From assembly GCA_946615965.1 (NCBI GenBank), contig CAMOIC010000001.1, positions 43,198 to 107,197 of the forward strand: a stretch of 64,000 nt of DNA. The letters are read 5' to 3'. Positions 9,429-18,303 of the stretch are shown here, piece after piece. Position numbers and translations under genes: made by a program. Every line of letters starts with the position of its first letter. Within the stretch, counting starts at the first letter, position 1. Under the pieces are notes generated by a model. It worked only from the letters and a program-made list of their open reading frames with translations. It was not told the origin of the DNA and made no database searches. This stretch comes from an uncultured Clostridia bacterium (GTDB lineage Bacteria > Bacillota > Clostridia > Christensenellales > UBA3700).

Positions 9429-10739
9429 CTATTTTCCAAACGAATACTCTGCGGCATCCCAATTATAATGACCATCTTTGTAGTAATAGAAATAGAATTT
9501 ACCAACGTTATTCACTTCTACACCATGTGTATTATCCATTGCGATATGATAATAATCACCATAATCTCTAATAGAAACCATACTCATCGCATCAAATGTA
9601 TATTTAGTCTTTCCTTGATACACATATGCTTTATAATCATTAGCAAATGCTAAATTGTTATCTGTTCCGTATGTTGGATGTGTTCCAATAAGCGAATTAT
9701 AATCTTCAATAGCAAAATATGTTGTGATTAATTCATCTTCACTCTTGATGTAATAATTCTTTCTTAGGACACCCTTCTCTTTTTTGAATTCAACTTTACC
9801 ATCTTGATCAAAAGATATTGTGAAATCATACACATATCTATTATTGTCATCATCGTATCTTATAATTTGATTTGTAAATGATTTGCCCTTATATCCTGAT
9901 GTTAATAAGGTTAGACTAGATTTGCTTGAAGATGACATTTCAAACTCAAATGTTCCATCATCTTTAAGTTGAACAACCTTCGATGATTCTGGATAACGAA
10001 TCTCAAGCAATCCGTTCGTATCTAACTCATGAGCTGTTACGTTATCACTATACGAAACAACATCAAATATTTCATAATCATCTAGTCCTATTTTTGGAAT
10101 ATCTTGCAAAAAAATATAATCTAATGTTATGAATCTACCATTATTAACAGAATATTCACCTGAAGCGTATTCATACTCTGTAATTTCTTTTTTCATTCCA
10201 TAATCACAATATTGTGGAACTCTAGAAACAAATTTAAATTCAAAAGAATAATGAGCAACAACACCACCTTCTTCTGTATCATCATAATTATATGTAAATA
10301 CTTTATCTTGAGGAATATCAGCAAGTTTATAATATGCTTCTTTTGAAGAATTCTTTGTTTGATTAGCAAGAGTATCTATCGTACCATCTTTATATACAAT
10401 AGCTCTCGTTGTATCTAAAAATGGAGCTGCTGTAATCTTAAATGTATATGTTGTTACATTGCAAAATTCATCTGGACTTGTAGTTGTAAATGCAGCCTTA
10501 TTGCTTGATGAAAAGTCTAATTCATAATTTGAAGATCTAAACATTTGGCAATTGCTATTACCATCAAGTTCTAGTCTATAAGTATCTGTTCCTTCTGTAA
10601 ATACTAATGAATATTCTTTTGTTGCGTATATAGCATTCTCGTCAACTTCCTCTACAGGTAGTTCACAAGAACACAAAGCTATCAACATAATAGCAAGAAT
10701 ACTAATTATTAAAACTGAAACAAATTTCTTATTTTTCAT
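9429..10739 (-). CDS. hypothetical lipoprotein (Tyr/Asp/Asn-rich, probably beta-rich)
   Basis: Signal peptide plus a lipobox-like IALC-SC near residue 25. The track start at 10748 is TTG; the ATG (MKNKKF) at 10739 is preferred. I recognise no family. Confidence 0.6.
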   Translation of the reverse strand: MKNKKFVSVLIISILAIMLIALCSCELPVEEVDENAIYATKEYSLVFTEGTDTYRLELDGNSNCQMFRSSNYELDFSSSNKAAFTTTSPDEFCNVTTYTFKITAAPFLDTTRAIVYKDGTIDTLANQTKNSSKEAYYKLADIPQDKVFTYNYDDTEEGGVVAHYSFEFKFVSRVPQYCDYGMKKEITEYEYASGEYSVNNGRFITLDYIFLQDIPKIGLDDYEIFDVVSYSDNVTAHELDTNGLLEIRYPESSKVVQLKDDGTFEFEMSSSSKSSLTLLTSGYKGKSFTNQIIRYDDDNNRYVYDFTISFDQDGKVEFKKEKGVLRKNYYIKSEDELITTYFAIEDYNSLIGTHPTYGTDNNLAFANDYKAYVYQGKTKYTFDAMSMVSIRDYGDYYHIAMDNTHGVEVNNVGKFYFYYYKDGHYNWDAAEYSFGK

Positions 10740-10828
10740 AATTACCAATATTAATTATATAATATTTTAAATATATAAGGCAATGAGTAAATATTTGTCT
10801 AACAGTTATAATAAACTCGAATTAAATA

Positions 10829-11833
10829 CTATTTACTTTTTTCAAACTTTTTAACTTTTAGCCAGATTAATACATAAGCAATTGCTATATATAGCAATGA
10901 CATAGGGATTAATTTATAATTACCTACAACCCACTCTGTCCAGAATAATCCCATGAACGGATATATTGCGGCTCCACCATCAAGACATGAGAAGCCAGGG
11001 AGTAACGCATAATAACTAAAAATAATCATAGGTACAATAAAAATAGTCAATAAGAGCACAATATAAAACAATTTATTCTTTACAAAACAATAAATATAAT
11101 TACTTAATGCCAATAATGTACAAGAAGAAATTAGCGCAAGCAACTGTTTAATCAAGAAAATAAGATAACAAGAAACTGCTACTGCATTTCCATTATTATA
11201 CTGTAAAACCATTATTTTATGAGAACCCAAACCAACAAAACTTCCAATTATTGTAAATATAATGCTCATAAAAACAAGCGCAGCATATTGAACAATAGAC
11301 TCTACATACATAACATCTTTCATCTTGTTGTCCGCTACTAATATATTTTTATACATATCTTGATTATTACTAAAGGATATTGGAATACAAATTGCAAACA
11401 AAGACAAAATCATTGTTGAGAAGAATTGCCATGACATTAATCTATTAGCAGCATTAAACCTATATGGACATGTTTCAAAATACTTTGTTAAATCATAATA
11501 ATCCGAATAATATTTACGCTCTCTAATACAAAATTCAAGTTCAGCAATACTTTTTTTATAGTCATATTTGTTTGAATAGTTTTGCGTATTAAAATATCCA
11601 CCAGAGCTATAATCTTCCATATCATACTTATAATCTTTGATAGCTGATTCATAATTTGAGATTTCAACATCAATATCTCGTTTTTCATACCTTCTATCTT
11701 TTTCACTACCAAACAATAAGGATAATGCTAACGTAAATAACAATAATAATCCAAAAATTATAGCAATTCTAAGCAACATAAGCTTGTTACTTAAGATTGT
11801 TGTAAGATAAAAACGTAATAATCTCTTTTTCAT
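10829..11833 (-). CDS. ABC-2-type transporter permease (second permease)
   Basis: 334 aa. One N-terminal TM, an extracytoplasmic Tyr-rich loop of about 100 aa, then about 5 TMs. ATGA overlap with the upstream permease gene. Confidence 0.55.
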   Translation of the reverse strand: MKKRLLRFYLTTILSNKLMLLRIAIIFGLLLLFTLALSLLFGSEKDRRYEKRDIDVEISNYESAIKDYKYDMEDYSSGGYFNTQNYSNKYDYKKSIAELEFCIRERKYYSDYYDLTKYFETCPYRFNAANRLMSWQFFSTMILSLFAICIPISFSNNQDMYKNILVADNKMKDVMYVESIVQYAALVFMSIIFTIIGSFVGLGSHKIMVLQYNNGNAVAVSCYLIFLIKQLLALISSCTLLALSNYIYCFVKNKLFYIVLLLTIFIVPMIIFSYYALLPGFSCLDGGAAIYPFMGLFWTEWVVGNYKLIPMSLLYIAIAYVLIWLKVKKFEKSK

Positions 11834-12840
11834 ATAGCCTTTCTATTAAAATATACCAATCCGCTTAAATATAACAATACACCAATTATTCCATGATAAG
11901 TGATTAACTCTATAGTCTTATTATTAGGTCCATTAAGATTAGCATTAATACCTATTATTGGTAATTCAAATAATGGATCGTCTGATTTATATATACCATG
12001 TTGTAAATACATACTCGAAGAAAGCAATCCTAAAACTACCGTAACTGCAACAATCAATAAAACATATACAATAGTTAAGGAATTATTTCTAGTTCTTAAC
12101 CCTACCAACATAGTTAATCCCATAAAGAAAATAGATAATATATATCTTCCAAAGCACGCCCACAAATAGATAACTAATGTGGATACTTCTGTAAAACCAT
12201 TATCTAATAACAAACACATATCATGTTTATTGGTTAATCCACCTATTAACCCAATTACAAAAGCCAAAAAATTTAACAGAGAAACAATAATAAAAATTTC
12301 ACCATATAAACTATTGAAAATCTTATTTCTATTTAAGCCTGTTACTATTATGTTTTTAATTGGTCCACCAAGTTCGGACACAAATAATAAAACAGGAATT
12401 AATACGGATAATATATAAACCAAGTAACTTAACCATTTAAACGAATAAAACATAAATGCAGTTCCTTCGTGACCTTGCTTAACTTCTACTTCAGCTGAAA
12501 ACATTCCGCCTATGTGATAATAATCCTCTTCTATTCTATTGTTTGCTATAAGGTATTCATAATAGGCTTTTCTTGCACTATAAGCTCTAAGAGCTTCTTG
12601 AATATCATTAATATCATCTTCATTATTTAATTGACTTATTGCAAAGTCTTGCAAATCAATTGCTTTTCTATAGGAATCAATTATTTCATTTCTATTTACT
12701 GCTTTATCTTCCCTAAACAAAGATGGATTTGTTAAAAATAATAGTGATATAACAAGAAATAGAGCGATTATAATAATTACTCCAATCTTTATATTGTGTC
12801 TTAAATAGGAATATCTACAAATCTTAAGAAAGTCTCGCAT
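11830..12840 (-). CDS. ABC-2-type transporter permease (first permease)
   Basis: 336 aa with the same topology as its neighbour (TM1, helical loop, about 5 TMs). Starts 2 nt after the ATPase stop. Confidence 0.55.
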   Translation of the reverse strand: MRDFLKICRYSYLRHNIKIGVIIIIALFLVISLLFLTNPSLFREDKAVNRNEIIDSYRKAIDLQDFAISQLNNEDDINDIQEALRAYSARKAYYEYLIANNRIEEDYYHIGGMFSAEVEVKQGHEGTAFMFYSFKWLSYLVYILSVLIPVLLFVSELGGPIKNIIVTGLNRNKIFNSLYGEIFIIVSLLNFLAFVIGLIGGLTNKHDMCLLLDNGFTEVSTLVIYLWACFGRYILSIFFMGLTMLVGLRTRNNSLTIVYVLLIVAVTVVLGLLSSSMYLQHGIYKSDDPLFELPIIGINANLNGPNNKTIELITYHGIIGVLLYLSGLVYFNRKAI

Positions 12841-12842
12841 TA

Positions 12843-13532
12843 TTATTGAGCTTCTCCTGAGGTAGATACTACCCTAAAGAATTCTTCACTTAGAATAATC
12901 TTACTAATATCGTCACAAGAATATACAATCTCTCCATGATTAATAATATATGTACTATTACATACATGTTCTAATTCTCTAATATCGTGACCAGATATTA
13001 ATACTGTATTACCAGCCTTTGCATATTCTTTTATAATATCTTCAAAAAGTCTAATACTTATTGGATCAAGAGAGTTAAATGGTTCATCCAACACTAATAC
13101 TTTAGGATTTCCCATAAGAGCATAAGCAAAATATAAACGTTGCTTCATACCCATAGACAGTCTTTTATATTCAACATATTTATGAGATACTAAACCAACT
13201 ATCTTTAAAAGATTATCAATTTCTTTCATACCAACTCCATCATAAAAAACAGATAGAGCCTTAAGGTTATTAACTACAGAAAGATTGTCATAAAAAGCAG
13301 GACTTTCTATCATAAAGCCTATATCTTTGTTTGATATCTTCTTTTCTCCATTTATATATATTTCTCCAGAATCTTGTTTAACAAGTCCCGCCAATATCTT
13401 AATTAACGTGCTTTTTCCTGCTCCATTAGGGCCCAAGAGAGCACAAATCTCATGGGATTTCAACTGAATAGAAACCCCACTTAATACTTGTTTTTCTTGA
13501 TACTGTTTATTAATATTATTAATATTTATCAT
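12843..13532 (-). CDS. ABC transporter ATP-binding protein (ABC-2/DrrA-like subfamily)
   Basis: Walker A GPNGAGKST, signature LSMGMKQRL, Walker B VLVLDEP. I placed the start at ATG 13532 (MININNINKQY...), which gives the usual distance to the Walker A. The track's longer N-terminus looks spurious. Confidence 0.85.
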   Translation of the reverse strand: MININNINKQYQEKQVLSGVSIQLKSHEICALLGPNGAGKSTLIKILAGLVKQDSGEIYINGEKKISNKDIGFMIESPAFYDNLSVVNNLKALSVFYDGVGMKEIDNLLKIVGLVSHKYVEYKRLSMGMKQRLYFAYALMGNPKVLVLDEPFNSLDPISIRLFEDIIKEYAKAGNTVLISGHDIRELEHVCNSTYIINHGEIVYSCDDISKIILSEEFFRVVSTSGEAQ

Positions 13533-13651
13533 TGTACACTTGAAAAAAAGCAACATATTATAGTCTTCATCAAATCTAATTAACAAAAATGATGTATTGC
13601 TTTCTAGTACTACCCAAGGTTTATTATACTCTACAAATGATCAAAGTCAAT

Positions 13652-13683
13652 ATAAAAAGAAGCGGTAGTATTTATACTACCGC
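13652..13683 (-). terminator. rho-independent terminator after the FAD enzyme gene
   Basis: Stem GCGGTAGTA (13662-13670) pairs with TACTACCGC (13675-13683). On the minus strand it is followed by TTCTTTTTATATT. Confidence 0.75.
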
Positions 13684-13704
13684 CTCAATAATTATTACCT
13701 AATT

Positions 13705-15156
13705 TTAAAAGAATCTTCCTACAATATCTTTACTTGCAGCACAAGTATCTTCCATGTCACCAAATGAAATTATTTCACCTGCATAATATGTATTCTTTGT
13801 TCCTTGAATAGCTTCCAATTTATCATACCAACCATCGGCATAATCCTTTGGACCTACGTGTGGACAATAGTAACTTTCTTGTGCATATAATACTTCCTTA
13901 ATTGGGAATTTTAATACTTTATTGATATCCTCTTTCATCATTTCAAGAGTCTTATCATATGGAACATCTGGATCGCCTGTATGATTTCTTAAAGCATAAA
14001 CTGTACAAGGACAATTCTTACCAATATCTTCCCATCTATGATAATAAACCATTGCATGTCCTAATCTTTCAGGTTCCATATTTTCAAATAGATATCCTGA
14101 AATTACTGGACCTGCACCCTCTTCGAATCTTGCAATGAAGTCAACATACTTTTCATGAACAATTTTTGAGAATAAGTCTTTTTCTTCATCTGTAGCATCT
14201 GCATAATTAGCAAACCAATCAAGAGGAGTTGTAACGATTAATTTATCAAAAGTTTCTGTTGTTTCCTTTCCATCTTTCTTAACCGTTACATTAACTTTAC
14301 CATCTGCTCTATCAACTTTAACTACTTCAGTTTGTAATACTGCTGGATGTTTTAATCTAGCATTAACATGTTCATAAATAGCTTGTGTACCATCTTGCCA
14401 TGTCCAAAGTTGTAATTTAACGAACTCTGCAGCTGTTGTTGTATCTAAGTATTTCATAACATAAGCAGCTGGGATTTCATCAAAATAACCATAACCAAAT
14501 GAAGTATATGGACCAACCCAAATTCTTTGAACTTCTTCTACACCATTCTTTTTACAGAATTCACTAAATGGTAAAGCCAAATCTTTTAGATTTGGATTTT
14601 CACCAACAAGATAATTTGGGAAAGCTTGATCTTTATTTGTTCCTTCTGCATTTGGAACAATTTTAGAAATACCACTATACTTACCTGAAGCTACACCGAT
14701 ATGACCATAACAATCATAACCAGCATATTTTGTTTCCATTAACTCTTTTAATTTCTTGAATTGCTTTTTTAATTTGATTAGACCAATCATCTTCTTTAAA
14801 GAGAAATTAGCCTTAGGATTGAATGGTTCTGTAATTTCACCAGTGAAGCTATTACGATATTCTCTTCTCATATTAGGTTCGCCTGGTTTAAAATCTGGTC
14901 CTTTATGATAATATCCACCAAATTCTTCCATTTCTGATACAGCATGGTATGTAATAGCACCCATGATAGCACCAGTTTCATAAGCTCTCTTTTCCCCATT
15001 TACTTCAATTTTTGGAGAATAAGCTTTACCGCCAACTTTATTTAACTTCTCGTAAATTGTGTAATTTGAGTAACCCTTCTTTTCTAGATATACAGCACAA
15101 GCAAGTCCAGCAGGGCCACCACCAATGATACAAATCTTATCCTTTGTGTTTGCCAT
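13705..15156 (-). CDS. FAD-dependent enzyme of the amine-oxidase fold; possible polyenoic fatty-acid (linoleate) isomerase family
   Basis: 483 aa. N-terminal dinucleotide fold ICIIGGGPAGLACAVYLEKKGY...EKLNKVGGK. The overall layout and C-terminus (YYAGEIISFGDMEDTCAASKDIVGRFF) resemble my recollection of the Cutibacterium acnes PAI isomerase. No search was done to confirm this. Confidence 0.5.
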   Translation of the reverse strand: MANTKDKICIIGGGPAGLACAVYLEKKGYSNYTIYEKLNKVGGKAYSPKIEVNGEKRAYETGAIMGAITYHAVSEMEEFGGYYHKGPDFKPGEPNMRREYRNSFTGEITEPFNPKANFSLKKMIGLIKLKKQFKKLKELMETKYAGYDCYGHIGVASGKYSGISKIVPNAEGTNKDQAFPNYLVGENPNLKDLALPFSEFCKKNGVEEVQRIWVGPYTSFGYGYFDEIPAAYVMKYLDTTTAAEFVKLQLWTWQDGTQAIYEHVNARLKHPAVLQTEVVKVDRADGKVNVTVKKDGKETTETFDKLIVTTPLDWFANYADATDEEKDLFSKIVHEKYVDFIARFEEGAGPVISGYLFENMEPERLGHAMVYYHRWEDIGKNCPCTVYALRNHTGDPDVPYDKTLEMMKEDINKVLKFPIKEVLYAQESYYCPHVGPKDYADGWYDKLEAIQGTKNTYYAGEIISFGDMEDTCAASKDIVGRFF

Positions 15157-15269
15157 ATTATTCCTCCTTAAAATATATCCTTATAAACTAATTATACTAC
15201 TTTTAAGGAAAAACAATCATTTTTGTGAATTTTTGGGAAAATCAAAGAAAATAGTAAATACATCTTTAG

Positions 15270-15294
15270 AAATGCAAAAAGGTCAACAACCTTT
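15270..15294 (-). terminator. probable terminator of the tRNA operon
   Basis: The minus strand reads AAAGGT-TGTTG-ACCTTT followed by TTGCATTTCT, just downstream of tRNA-Tyr. Confidence 0.55.
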
Positions 15295-15312
15295 CGATTA
15301 TTGACCTATTTG

Positions 15313-15397
15313 TGGTGGGCAGGGATGGATTCGAACCATCGAAGACAGAGTCGGCAGATTTACAGTCTGCTCCCTTTAGCCACTCGGGAACCTACCC
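15313..15397 (-). tRNA. tRNA-Tyr (anticodon GTA), long variable arm, CCA encoded
   Basis: Folded by hand. Acceptor GGGTAGG/CCTGCCC, anticodon loop CTGTAAA, T-arm GGTTCGAATCC. Confidence 0.9.
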
Positions 15398-15408
15398 ATA
15401 AAATAAAA

Positions 15409-15484
15409 TGGAGCTGGTGATCGGAATCGAACCAACAACCTGCTGATTACAAATCAGCTGCTCTGCCAATTGAGCTACACCAGC
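15409..15484 (-). tRNA. tRNA-Thr (anticodon TGT), CCA encoded
   Basis: Acceptor GCTGGTG/CACCAGC, anticodon stem GCTGA/TCAGC with loop TTTGTAA, T-arm GGTTCGATTCC. Confidence 0.9.
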
Positions 15485-15534
15485 ATCTCCATGCTTTTAT
15501 ATTATATAACATATATTTAAATAATCCAAATTAT

Positions 15535-15610
15535 TGGTGCCTCGGGGCGGAATCGAACCACCGACACGGGGATTTTCAGTCCCCTGCTCTACCGACTGAG
15601 CTACCGAGGC
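15535..15610 (-). tRNA. tRNA-Phe (anticodon GAA), CCA encoded
   Basis: Acceptor GCCTCGG/CCGAGGC, anticodon stem GGGGA/TCCCC with loop CTGAAAA. Confidence 0.92.
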
Positions 15611-15636
15611 AAATTAAGGACTGATCCCTAATCATT

Positions 15637-15713
15637 TGGCGACTCGTAGCGGACTTGAACCGCTGACCTCCTGCGTGACAGGCAGGCGTTCTAACCAGCT
15701 GAACTAACGAGCC
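15637..15713 (-). tRNA. tRNA-Asp (anticodon GTC), CCA encoded
   Basis: Acceptor GGCTCGT/ACGAGTC, anticodon stem CCTGC/GCAGG with loop CTGTCAC. Confidence 0.92.
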
Positions 15714-15759
15714 ATATTTATTTATACGTTTTATAGTATCATTGTTTAAAGGTACATTC

Positions 15760-15836
15760 TGGTGGGCCATCTAGGACTCGAACCTAGGACCGACCGGTTA
15801 TGAGCCGGTTGCTCTAACCAACTGAGCTAATGGCCC
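15760..15836 (-). tRNA. tRNA with CAT anticodon; elongator type, probably tRNA-Ile2 (lysidine) rather than Met
   Basis: Acceptor GGGCCAT/ATGGCCC (G1-C72, so not an initiator). Anticodon stem ACCGG/CCGGT with loop CTCATAA. The body (TTAGCTCAGTTGGTTAGAGC) looks Ile-like. Confidence 0.85.
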
Positions 15837-15861
15837 ATATTATTTTTTATGTTGCTTTTGT

Positions 15862-15937
15862 TGGTCGGGGTGAAGAGACTCGAACTCCCGGCATCATGGT
15901 CCCAAACCATGCGCGCTACCAACTGCGCTACACCCCG
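15862..15937 (-). tRNA. tRNA-Pro (anticodon TGG), CCA encoded
   Basis: Acceptor CGGGGTG/CACCCCG, anticodon stem CATGG/CCATG with loop TTTGGGA. Confidence 0.92.
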
Positions 15938-15958
15938 TCGCTCTCTCGCAACGTTTAA

Positions 15959-15988
15959 AATATACTATATTTCATTCGCTGCTGTCAA
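15959..15988 (-). promoter_or_regulatory. sigma-A-like promoter of the six-tRNA operon
   Basis: The minus strand reads TTGACA (15988-15983), an 18-nt spacer, then TATATT (15964-15959), about 20 nt upstream of tRNA-Pro. Confidence 0.5.
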
Positions 15989-16062
15989 GGGTTTTTTAAA
16001 ATTATTTTTTTTATTTTTGGGGCTACGAAAATAGCCCCAAAATATCGATGTTTTTAAGCAAA

Positions 16063-18303
16063 TTAGTCGTCGTTTCCGTCTAATCCTAAGTCCTTTAATA
16101 ATGAACCTAAAGATACGCCTTCTGAGTCACCTGTAGAATATGTTTGTGGTTCTTCAGATACTTCAGCCTTCTTAGACTTCTTCTTTGGAGCATCAGCTGT
16201 TTCGAACTTCTTTAAGTTACGAGAATTTCTTCTTGCGCTGTGTTCTTCAGCAGCTTCTTCAGCAACAACTTCTTCTTCTGGAAGTAATGCCTTGATAGAT
16301 AATGTGATCTTGCCCTTAGCAACGTCAAACTTAATGATTTGAGCTGTAACTTCTTGATCAACCTTTAAGAAATCAGCTGGATCCTTAACATATTGTCTTG
16401 AGATTTCGCCAACTGGAACTAATCCATCAACGCCATCTTCGATTTGTACATAAGCACCATAATTTGTAACGCTCTTAACTGGTCCTGTAACTGTTGAACC
16501 TAGAGGATACTTTTCAAAAGCTTCTTCATATAATGACTTTTGTAATTGCTTATAACCTAAAGATACTCTTCTCTTATCTCCATCAACTGTGATGTCTAAG
16601 ATAACGAAGCTGTATGTCTTGTTTAATTCTAATACGTCTTCTGGCTTAGCATTTCTGTTGTAAGAAAGATTCTTAACATGTGCTAAACATTCAAATCCGT
16701 TAACCTTAACGAAAGCACCAAATGTTTCGAACTTTGTAACCTTACCGTTAACAACCTTACCAACTTCGAAGAATTCGTTAAATGCCTTTTCTTCAGCAGC
16801 CTTCTTAGCAGCCTTCTTTTCTTCTAAGATAACCTTAGCTGAAGCAAATACTGTTTGATGTGGCTTAACAACTAAATCGCCTTCGCCGTCCTTATTAGAC
16901 TTAATAGCTCTAACTGTTAATTCCTTACCAACCTTTTCAGCTAATTCATTTTCATTAGCAAATCCTGATCCCTTAACTTGTGATGATGGAATAAATACAT
17001 CATATGGACCAAACTTAGCCTTAAGACCTGAAGCTCTCTTAACTTCTGTGCCATCTTCATTCTTGAATGTCTTTGTAGCAACTTCAGAAACTGTAACCTT
17101 GAATTCTGGTTCAGAAATCTTCTTAGCATATTCATCCCAATCTTTATTCTTTTGATCGATGATCTTCTTAGAGAAATAGAATAAAGTAGCATCTGCGCCC
17201 TTAGGCATATCTATAACTTGCGCTCTGATTGAATCTCCTTCTTTATAATTTGCTGGATTGTATTCAACGCCTTCAGCTTCTGCATCAGCAGCTGCGATGA
17301 AACCATCCTTCTTTCCATTGAAATTAACCTTAATACCATTAGCATCAGCAGAGATAACTGTTAGGTTTAATCTGTCTCCTGACTTAATTTGCATACCCTT
17401 AGATGACTTAACATCTAATTTTGCCATAGCTAATTCAAATTCTGTTTTACCACTCTCGACTGCAGTGTTTTTCTTGTTTTCTTGAGATTCGCTCATGTGT
17501 CTCTTTACCTCCATAATCAACTCTTGAGGAGTTGACGCGCCGGCTACTATGCCGACAACTACGTTATTATTTTTATATTCAACAGATTTTAGGTCTGCTA
17601 AATTCTCGATTAAGTATGTAGAACAATTGTTAGAACAGATATTAAAAAGTTTTGTTGTGTTACTTGATGTTTTACTGCCTATAACAAGCATTAAATCGCA
17701 TTTTTTGCTTAATTTTTCAGCTTCTTCTTGTCTACCGGTAGTAGTATAACAAATCGTATTTGCGTTAGCAACTAAATTAACTTTATTTTTAACTAAATTA
17801 ATTATAATTTTATATAAATAAGAGTCGAAAGTAGTTTGTGCTACACAGAAATAGTCTAAATTTGGATCTAATAACTCAACATCTTTTTCATTTGAGATAA
17901 TAATTCCCTCATAATTACACCATCCATTAGTACCTACAACTTCAGGATGATTCTTATCTCCAATAATGATAATCTTCTTGCCATTATCATAATTTTCTTT
18001 AACTAAATCATGGATTCTTTTAACAAAAGGACATGTTGCATCAATGTAATGAATTCCTCTTTTTTCAAGTTCATCATAAACATCTTTTCCTACACCATGT
18101 GTGCGAATAAGCAAAGTTCCACCCTTAAATTCATCAAGCGAATTTATAGCGTGGATGTTATTTTCTTCTAATTGTTTTAATACGATTTCGTTATGAATTA
18201 AATTGCCAAATGTATAGCAGCCGCCTTCAATAGAATATGCACTATTTATTGCATTTTGAACGCCCTTACAAAATCCTGCATTTTTAGCAACGATTATTTG
18301 CAT
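16063..18303 (-). CDS. ispH: bifunctional 4-hydroxy-3-methylbut-2-enyl diphosphate reductase (IspH/LytB) fused to ribosomal protein S1 repeats
   Basis: 746 aa. The N-terminal 280 aa or so are IspH-like (MQIIVAKNAGFCKGV..., HNEIV, conserved Cys). The C-terminal part carries several S1 OB-fold repeats (G.V..V..FGAFV type: GKVTKFETFGAFVKV, GPVKSVTNYGAYVQI). The tail is acidic/basic. Confidence 0.9.
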   Translation of the reverse strand: MQIIVAKNAGFCKGVQNAINSAYSIEGGCYTFGNLIHNEIVLKQLEENNIHAINSLDEFKGGTLLIRTHGVGKDVYDELEKRGIHYIDATCPFVKRIHDLVKENYDNGKKIIIIGDKNHPEVVGTNGWCNYEGIIISNEKDVELLDPNLDYFCVAQTTFDSYLYKIIINLVKNKVNLVANANTICYTTTGRQEEAEKLSKKCDLMLVIGSKTSSNTTKLFNICSNNCSTYLIENLADLKSVEYKNNNVVVGIVAGASTPQELIMEVKRHMSESQENKKNTAVESGKTEFELAMAKLDVKSSKGMQIKSGDRLNLTVISADANGIKVNFNGKKDGFIAAADAEAEGVEYNPANYKEGDSIRAQVIDMPKGADATLFYFSKKIIDQKNKDWDEYAKKISEPEFKVTVSEVATKTFKNEDGTEVKRASGLKAKFGPYDVFIPSSQVKGSGFANENELAEKVGKELTVRAIKSNKDGEGDLVVKPHQTVFASAKVILEEKKAAKKAAEEKAFNEFFEVGKVVNGKVTKFETFGAFVKVNGFECLAHVKNLSYNRNAKPEDVLELNKTYSFVILDITVDGDKRRVSLGYKQLQKSLYEEAFEKYPLGSTVTGPVKSVTNYGAYVQIEDGVDGLVPVGEISRQYVKDPADFLKVDQEVTAQIIKFDVAKGKITLSIKALLPEEEVVAEEAAEEHSARRNSRNLKKFETADAPKKKSKKAEVSEEPQTYSTGDSEGVSLGSLLKDLGLDGNDD

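Noticed and set aside
15576-16034. ORFs 15576-15770 (minus) and 15849-16034 (plus).
   Set aside because: They overlap the tRNA-Phe/Asp/CAT and tRNA-Pro genes. They stay open only because the tRNA sequence is GC-rich.
16017-16040. GC-rich hairpin GGGGCT-N8-AGCCCC between the ispH/rpsA stop and the tRNA promoter.
   Set aside because: I did not call it a canonical terminator. On both strands the U-tract precedes the stem rather than following it, and A-rich sequence follows. It may still be a weak terminator or an RNA-processing stem.
13587-16062. Possible integrated mobile element or prophage at the tRNA cluster.
   Set aside because: There is no integrase, transposase or phage gene. By eye I found no duplicated tRNA 3' end or direct repeat that could serve as att sites.
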